DNA of 64,000 nt. Origin: an uncultured Bacilli bacterium. GTDB taxonomy: Bacteria; Bacillota_I; Bacilli_A; RF39; UBA660. Shown one piece after another: positions 58,471 to 64,000 of this stretch (the stretch's first letter is position 1; each line of letters starts with the position of its first letter). The stretch covers positions 195,616 to 259,615 of the forward strand of contig CAKPHU010000002.1 in the NCBI GenBank assembly GCA_934162125.1, written 5' to 3'. The position numbers were made by a program, and so were the translations under genes. The notes beneath the pieces are model-generated. The model was not told the DNA's origin and ran no database searches. It saw nothing but the letters and a program-made list of their open reading frames with translations.

Positions 58471-59691
58471 CTATCTTAGCTTTCCTTTTACTCCCTTCAT
58501 ACCTTTTACTCCACCATTAGCAGCAAATCCACTAAGAATATTTGATTCAAATGAATGAGTTTTACTAATTCTCTTCTTATAATCTTTAATTCCTATTGTA
58601 ATCATTTCATCAAGTAAATCAGTAAAATCAATTCCTTTAGCATCCCATAAATAGAAAGCTAAACTTCCAGGAATAGAGTTAATTTCATTAATATATACTT
58701 TTCCTGCCTTATCATCAATTAAGAAATCAATACGACAGTTACCAGATGATCCAAGTACTTTGAAAGCTTTAACTGCAATCTCTTCAACTTCTTTTCTCAT
58801 CTTATCACTAATTTCAGCTGGTAACTTTCTATTAGTAGAAGCCATTCCCTTAGAGAATTTAGTACTAGTTTTAGCTCCCTTTAACTTTCCTTTTCCTCCA
58901 CCAATATATTTATCAGCATAAGTTAAGAATTTATTACCAGATAAAACTTCTTCTATTTCACTAACTTTTTGATGTTCATAATTACCCATTACAGCAATAT
59001 TAACTTCTTTTAAGTTTTGAACAACTTCTTCTACTACAATTTTAGTATCATATTGAATAGCATCATCTATACCTTCAATAAGTTTTTCTTCATTTTCACA
59101 TACACTAATACCAACACTAGATCCTGTTGTAGCAGGTTTAACAATAACTGGATATTTTAACTTACTAACTTTCTTAATAATTTCATCACGATTATTTTTA
59201 TAATCAAAATCATAGAACCATACATACTTAGTCATAGGTATTTCAGCTTCAGCCCAAATATCTTTCATGAAAGCTTTATCTTGTCCTACTACTGAAGCAT
59301 AAACATTTCCCCCTACAAAAGGTATACCAATTGATTGTAAATAACCTTGTAGAACACCATCTTCTACATTAGTACCATGTACTATTGGAAATGCAATATC
59401 AATCTCTTTAACTACAGTCTTTGGAAAACTCTTCTTTTGAAGTACATAAGATCCATTCTTATAATATAAAACTACATTTTTAGCATACTTCTTAATTAAA
59501 GAAAAGTCTTGATATACTTCAATATCCTTTAACATATCTCCAGTATACCATTCTCTATCTTTTGTAATATATATTGGAATTACTTCATATTTTTCTTGAT
59601 TAATCTTATTCATGGCTTGAATAGCAGAAATAATACTTACTTCATGTTCTACTGTTTCTCCCCCAAATATTACACCTACTTTAATTCTCAT
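58471..59691 (-). CDS. ddl: D-alanine--D-alanine ligase (long form with Gly/Lys-rich insertion)
   Basis: MRIKVGVIFGGETVEHEVSIISA N-terminus, ATP-grasp core; 406 aa with insertion ...YIGGGKGKLKGAKTSTKFSKGMASTNRKLPAEIS...; adjacent murF. Confidence 0.85.
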   Translation of the reverse strand: MRIKVGVIFGGETVEHEVSIISAIQAMNKINQEKYEVIPIYITKDREWYTGDMLKDIEVYQDFSLIKKYAKNVVLYYKNGSYVLQKKSFPKTVVKEIDIAFPIVHGTNVEDGVLQGYLQSIGIPFVGGNVYASVVGQDKAFMKDIWAEAEIPMTKYVWFYDFDYKNNRDEIIKKVSKLKYPVIVKPATTGSSVGISVCENEEKLIEGIDDAIQYDTKIVVEEVVQNLKEVNIAVMGNYEHQKVSEIEEVLSGNKFLTYADKYIGGGKGKLKGAKTSTKFSKGMASTNRKLPAEISDKMRKEVEEIAVKAFKVLGSSGNCRIDFLIDDKAGKVYINEINSIPGSLAFYLWDAKGIDFTDLLDEMITIGIKDYKKRISKTHSFESNILSGFAANGGVKGMKGVKGKLR

Positions 59692-59708
59692 ATAATCTAA
59701 AAATCCTC

Positions 59709-61328
59709 CTATTCATTATATGTGTCAGGTAAATCATTTTCAAATAAAGCGTAAACTTCATCTTTTCCATTACACAAACTATTTATAAAAGCATATGCTT
59801 CTCTAACATCATTATACACCACAATATTATCTTTGTTAAATCCTGTTGAAATTATTCCTTCATAAATTGGTTTAGTCCTCTTCTCTCCAATTAAAACAGC
59901 ATAATCACAAGACTCAGCAATTTCTTCTCCAAACTTCTTATTGTATTCTGCTTCCTTATCCCCAAGTTCAATCATGCCTGGTGTTACTACAACTTTAATA
60001 CCATCCATCATTTTTAGAACTTGACAAGCATTAGCAGCCCCAACAGGATTAGAATTATAAGCATCATCAATCTGATAAAAAGCTCCTAATCTTTTTACCT
60101 CTAAACGATGTTCAACTGGCTTAACCATCTTAACTGCATTAATCAAGTCTTCTATCTCAATACCAAATTCTCTTCCGCAAGCAATACCTGCTAAAATATT
60201 ATAAACATTATGATTACCTAATAACTTAGTAGTAAAATGATATTTCTTATTATCACCTACAAAACTAACATCAAAACTAGTTCCAGTTCCAGAACATTTA
60301 ATATTGCTAGCTCTAACTGAAACATCAGGATTATTAATACCAATCCAAATAGTCTTAACTTTATTCTTTAATTTATAATTAACTTGTTTTGGATCATCGC
60401 CATTTAAAACAGCAAATCCATCACTAGGAAGTGACTCTATAAGTTCAAATTTACCATCTATAATATTTTGTTCACTACCAAATGACTCTAAATGAGCAGT
60501 ACCTATTGTAGTTAAAATACCATACTTAGGTTTAACTAAATTACAAAGTCCCTTAATTTCCCCTTTAACATAAGCACCCATCTCTGCAATAAAAATATCA
60601 GTAAACTTATCCATATAATTATTAACAGTCATAATAAGTCCATTATAAGTATTTAAATTTCTAGGAGTTGGTAAAGTATTATATTTAACACTTAAAATAT
60701 CACTTAAAATATTCTTAGAACTAGTCTTACCATAACTACCAGTAATACCAATTATTTTTAAATTAGTCATAGATTTAAGCTTCTTTTGCGCTTTTCTTTT
60801 AAAATGAATATATACACACTTCTCAATTGGAAAGTTAATAATATTAGCAATAAATACCACATAACAGTTTAAAAATAACATCAAACTACTTATAAACAGA
60901 CACATCCATACACATTGTAAATTATCAACATGTCCATTATATATAGTTAAACCAAGAGGTATCAAATATAAAATACCAATTGTAAAGATTAATCTCTTAA
61001 CTCTTGCTGTAACAACTAAAGGCTTCTTATTCTGATCATTAACAATTTTCTGTTTCCATTTATAACCCATTATAATATTTAATATAATGATCGCAACATT
61101 TGCCATAAATGTAAATTTATTTAAATCAAATATAATTAAATAACCAATTAAACTAATAGCAACTACTATTATATCCATATCTAAGAATTGTTCATAGTTC
61201 TTCCAAACCCATTTTAAATAACGATTATTTTCATTATATAAGTTTTGTTGTAACATATGTAAATATCTCTTAGTCTTATAAAATAATACATATATAAAAC
61301 TAAATACAACAATATAATATAAAACCAT
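59709..61328 (-). CDS. murF: MurF-like Mur ligase fused to an N-terminal polytopic membrane domain
   Basis: Mur ligase central domain GITGSYGKTSSKN and C-terminal domain; ddl-murF pairing; first ~190 aa are 5-6 predicted TM helices instead of the usual soluble MurF N-domain. Confidence 0.7.
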   Translation of the reverse strand: MVLYYIVVFSFIYVLFYKTKRYLHMLQQNLYNENNRYLKWVWKNYEQFLDMDIIVVAISLIGYLIIFDLNKFTFMANVAIIILNIIMGYKWKQKIVNDQNKKPLVVTARVKRLIFTIGILYLIPLGLTIYNGHVDNLQCVWMCLFISSLMLFLNCYVVFIANIINFPIEKCVYIHFKRKAQKKLKSMTNLKIIGITGSYGKTSSKNILSDILSVKYNTLPTPRNLNTYNGLIMTVNNYMDKFTDIFIAEMGAYVKGEIKGLCNLVKPKYGILTTIGTAHLESFGSEQNIIDGKFELIESLPSDGFAVLNGDDPKQVNYKLKNKVKTIWIGINNPDVSVRASNIKCSGTGTSFDVSFVGDNKKYHFTTKLLGNHNVYNILAGIACGREFGIEIEDLINAVKMVKPVEHRLEVKRLGAFYQIDDAYNSNPVGAANACQVLKMMDGIKVVVTPGMIELGDKEAEYNKKFGEEIAESCDYAVLIGEKRTKPIYEGIISTGFNKDNIVVYNDVREAYAFINSLCNGKDEVYALFENDLPDTYNE

Positions 61329-61337
61329 AATACCCTC

Positions 61338-62138
61338 CTAAATAAATGAATTAAGTATATTTACAACTTGATTTAAGTTTTCCAAGTAAGCATAATGTGT
61401 ACCTGGTAAAACTATAAGTGCTGCATCATTCATTATTTGTTCTAACTCCTTAGCATCACTAACAGGAGCTTCTGTATCATCTTGTCCCCAAATAAGTAAT
61501 GTTGGTTCTTCTATCTGCATTGCATATGGTGTTAAGTCTTCATTAACAACATTTACTAATGTCTGTCTCATTATAGGACTAGCTGCTTTATAATCTCTAG
61601 ATCCTATATATTGTTTCATATATTCTCCTAATTTATCCATACCTGGTAGTTTTTTAATTCCTTTAAGTATTTTAACTGATAAAGGTAATTCTTTATCTTT
61701 TCTTATACAAGGACTACCAAATAAAACTAACTTTTCTATCGGATTATTAGATGAATAATATATTGCAACTCTTCCTCCAAATGAATGTCCCATTACTACT
61801 GGCTTCTTTATATCTAATTCTTTAACTAATTTTTCAATAAGTAAAGAATAATCTTTTATCGTCCACGGACTAAGAGGTTCATCACTTTCTCCAAAGCCAG
61901 GAAAATCTAATATCGTAATACGATGATTATCCGCAAAGTTATCACCTAAAAACTTCATCATTTCAATATTTTGACCCCAACCATGAAGTAGTAAAATATC
62001 ACTACCCTCTCCATATTGTATGTAATTAATATTAAGATTGTCTATTTTTATTTTCATATGACCACTCCGTAACAAAATTATACCATATTTTATACATTTC
62101 TTTACGATGAAAGCACTATTTATGTAAAAAAATGTCAA
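61338..62138 (-). CDS. alpha/beta-fold hydrolase
   Basis: HGWGQN oxyanion region, GHSFGG nucleophile elbow; true start likely MKIKIDNL (62057). Confidence 0.8.
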   Translation of the reverse strand: MTFFYINSAFIVKKCIKYGIILLRSGHMKIKIDNLNINYIQYGEGSDILLLHGWGQNIEMMKFLGDNFADNHRITILDFPGFGESDEPLSPWTIKDYSLLIEKLVKELDIKKPVVMGHSFGGRVAIYYSSNNPIEKLVLFGSPCIRKDKELPLSVKILKGIKKLPGMDKLGEYMKQYIGSRDYKAASPIMRQTLVNVVNEDLTPYAMQIEEPTLLIWGQDDTEAPVSDAKELEQIMNDAALIVLPGTHYAYLENLNQVVNILNSFI

Positions 62139-62155
62139 TAAAAAAAGAAGAGTAT

Positions 62156-62545
62156 TTATTCTTCTTCTAATGCAGTTAGTTCTTCTTCTGTTAGATTAGT
62201 TAATTTTGATATTAATGCTTTAGCCATATTTTCTTTAAGCATATTCTTAGCTATTTCTTTGGCCTTGTTTTTCTCACCAAGTTCTATACCTTCTCTTTTA
62301 CCTTCATCTTTAAGTGCCTACTCTTTATCATATGCTTCTCCAAAGTCACCTTCAAAGCTTACCTCTTCTGCTTCTTTTAAATATTCATTCATAACTTTTT
62401 CATCACCCAAACCTTTTAGTTTCTCCAAGCCCATATCTACTAGTGCAAGAATGTATTTTTCTCTTTCACTTAGACTTTTTTCACCTTCAGTATACCATTT
62501 TTTTCTTAAGTTTGGTACATATATTTGTATGAATATGGTTTTTAT
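62156..62545 (-). pseudogene. remnant of Rpn/YhgA-like (PD-(D/E)XK) putative transposase, C-terminal fragment interrupted by in-frame stop
   Basis: No start codon; reads ...YVPNLRKKWYTEGEKSLSEREKYILALVDMGLEKLKGLGDEKVMNEYLKEAEEVSFEGDFGEAYDKE*ALKDEGKREGIELGEKNKAKEIAKNMLKENMAKALISKLTNLTEEELTALEEE* ; tail resembles the DUF4351-like C-terminus of Rpn-family proteins. Confidence 0.4.
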
Positions 62546-62625
62546 AATATTTCATGTCAACTCATTAACAAAATATTATTTTGCTAATATTATTTTTTCA
62601 AAAGAAAAAAGTATGCATGCATACT

Positions 62626-63126
62626 TTAATTTTCTATCTTAAGAGTATTATTATCTAACACACTAGGAGTATTACTAGAACCCCATACTGGATCAAATAG
62701 TATTTCCCCACTTGTATCAGAAATAATATTAATACTTAAACTTTCTCCTGCAGATATAGCTTCTGTATAATACACTTTATCTCCAAAAGTTATTTTAATT
62801 TGTCCCCTAGAATTACCTGTATTAGTAAATTTAGCCATATACTCTACTGAAGCTTCAATATGATTATTTGCCTCTACAGAAACACTATTTTCCGTAGTAG
62901 GAGTAAGAACAGTGTCAAAAACTAATGAACCAGTCTTAATCTCACCTGTTGAAGTAGTAAAATCATCATTAAACCATGACCAGGTAGAAAAAAGTGAACT
63001 ATAATTAAAAATACCAAGTAAAGAGATTATTAAAGGAATTATATAAATTTTGTTTTTATTCACATTACAAATAGCAAAAATAACTATAATAAGCAACAAA
63101 ACTAATATTAAAATATTACTATTCAT
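62626..63126 (-). CDS. TasA/camelysin-family (SipW-cognate signal peptide) secreted protein, short paralog
   Basis: TM/signal then SWFNDDFTTSTGEIKTGSLVFD matching the AWF(T/N)D...AG(T/S)L motif of SipW substrates. Confidence 0.55.
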   Translation of the reverse strand: MNSNILILVLLLIIVIFAICNVNKNKIYIIPLIISLLGIFNYSSLFSTWSWFNDDFTTSTGEIKTGSLVFDTVLTPTTENSVSVEANNHIEASVEYMAKFTNTGNSRGQIKITFGDKVYYTEAISAGESLSINIISDTSGEILFDPVWGSSNTPSVLDNNTLKIEN

Positions 63127-63161
63127 CCTAAATAACCTCCTCTACATATCAATTATTAAAT

Positions 63162-63794
63162 TTATACTCCAGTTACTTGATCATCAGTAGGATATGTTGC
63201 ACCATTATCATATTGATTACCAAAACTATCAGCTTCCACTGTGTCCTGAGTAGCAATTACTTTAATTGAAACGTCACTTAACATCATTCCTTGATACTCA
63301 TTACCAGCCTCTTCATTCATATGAAGACTAATTGTAATTGGATCAGAAGCTTCTCCAGCAGCCAATTTAAATTCTTGATTTGTTAAATCAATAGGAGAAC
63401 CATTTTGATCATATGTAATAAGTAATTGTTCTAATAATTTTGCATCACCAGTTAAACCATTAAGTACAATTTTATATTTTAATGCTAAATTACCATTATT
63501 TGTAACCTTAATAGTTTCTAATTTATAAGTTGCTCCTGGTTCAAAATATATTTCTTCATTTTCATGACCTGCCGCTTTTATAAGATTAAGTGTCTTACCT
63601 TCAGCATCTATCCATGTGTTTCCATCAGTTGTCTTTTCTAACTTAATGTCTAACGTACCAGCTTGAATTTTATTACCACTTGTTGAAGCAGTATCTGTAA
63701 ACCATGCGTATGAAGTTCCAACTATTGTCACAACACACACAGCTATTATTAATAAACTAAATATTATTCCTTTTTTTAAATTTTTACTTTCCAT
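63162..63794 (-). CDS. TasA/camelysin-like (peptidase M73 family) secreted protein
   Basis: Signal region followed by SYAWFTDTASTSGNKIQAGTLDI hallmark; start set to ATG after GGAGG RBS (track start is an upstream TTG). Confidence 0.7.
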   Translation of the reverse strand: MESKNLKKGIIFSLLIIAVCVVTIVGTSYAWFTDTASTSGNKIQAGTLDIKLEKTTDGNTWIDAEGKTLNLIKAAGHENEEIYFEPGATYKLETIKVTNNGNLALKYKIVLNGLTGDAKLLEQLLITYDQNGSPIDLTNQEFKLAAGEASDPITISLHMNEEAGNEYQGMMLSDVSIKVIATQDTVEADSFGNQYDNGATYPTDDQVTGV

Positions 63795-63822
63795 ATATAC
63801 CTCCAAATTTTTTATTGTTTTA

Positions 63823-64000
63823 TTATTCTCCTGTTGTTACATTATCTGTAGGATATGTAGCATCTTTATCATATTGATTATTAAAACTATCAGTTTCCAC
63901 TGTGTCCTGAGTAGCAACCGCTTTAATTTTAATACCTTCCATAGTTAAGCCTTGATACTCATTACCAGCCGTTACATTCATAATAGCAATAATTGTAAAA
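63823..64000 (-). CDS. TasA/camelysin-like paralog, C-terminal part only (gene runs off window end)
   Basis: 3' 170 nt are ~85 % identical to the 3' end of the 63162-63794 gene (…ATYPTD..VTG. tail); tandem duplication. Confidence 0.5.
   Translation of the reverse strand, partial: FTIIAIMNVTAGNEYQGLTMEGIKIKAVATQDTVETDSFNNQYDKDATYPTDNVTTGE

Noticed and set aside
62259-62642. Plus-strand 127-aa Ser-rich ORF
   Set aside because: Antisense of the Rpn-like pseudogene remnant. Ser/Phe-rich low-complexity typical of reverse-frame translation of K/E-rich coding DNA.

Overview
This is a 64 kb chromosomal window from a very AT-rich (about 28 % GC), spore-forming, low-GC Firmicute. Spore-former status rests on the presence of yqfC/yqfD, gerM-like and gerE-like genes. 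Nearly everything is encoded on the minus strand. The backbone is housekeeping with Bacillus-like synteny.

Backbone blocks, in minus-strand order:
- infC-rpmI-rplT-rpsB-tsf
- glyQS, preceded by a putative T-box leader and an extra 252-aa ORF
- ybeY-dgkA-cdd-era-yqzL-recO
- yqfC-yqfD
- yqeY-rpsU
- sepF-divIVA ... T-box-CaCA-ileS
- asnS, a GH3 hexosaminidase, rluA-family, HAD, PAP2, pgi
- ddl-murF
- a 4-tRNA cluster (Ile-Asn-Glu-Ser), plus tRNA-Arg and tRNA-Lys

Accessory material sits between these blocks:
- An unannotated class II (double-glycine leader) bacteriocin locus at 16.0-19.0 kb. It has two prepeptides and a small immunity-like gene, all below the ORF-track size cut-off, next to a C39-peptidase ABC exporter.
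- A tRNA-Arg-associated block: a 1296-aa BNR/Ig surface protein, a transglutaminase-like protease and a pentapeptide-repeat protein.
- An orphan 458-aa type IV pilin-like protein and a HerA/DUF87-like ATPase inserted in the sepF-divIVA-ileS region.
- A 2545-aa GT(QxxRW)+GH94 cyclic beta-1,2-glucan-synthase-like giant.
- A MurF with a polytopic membrane N-terminus.
- Three tandem TasA/camelysin-like genes at the window end.
- A Rpn-transposase pseudogene remnant.

Ribosomal proteins S2 and L20 both carry K/E-rich C-terminal extensions ending in the same Rho_N/HeH-like motif. No CRISPR array, no prophage and no intact IS element were seen.
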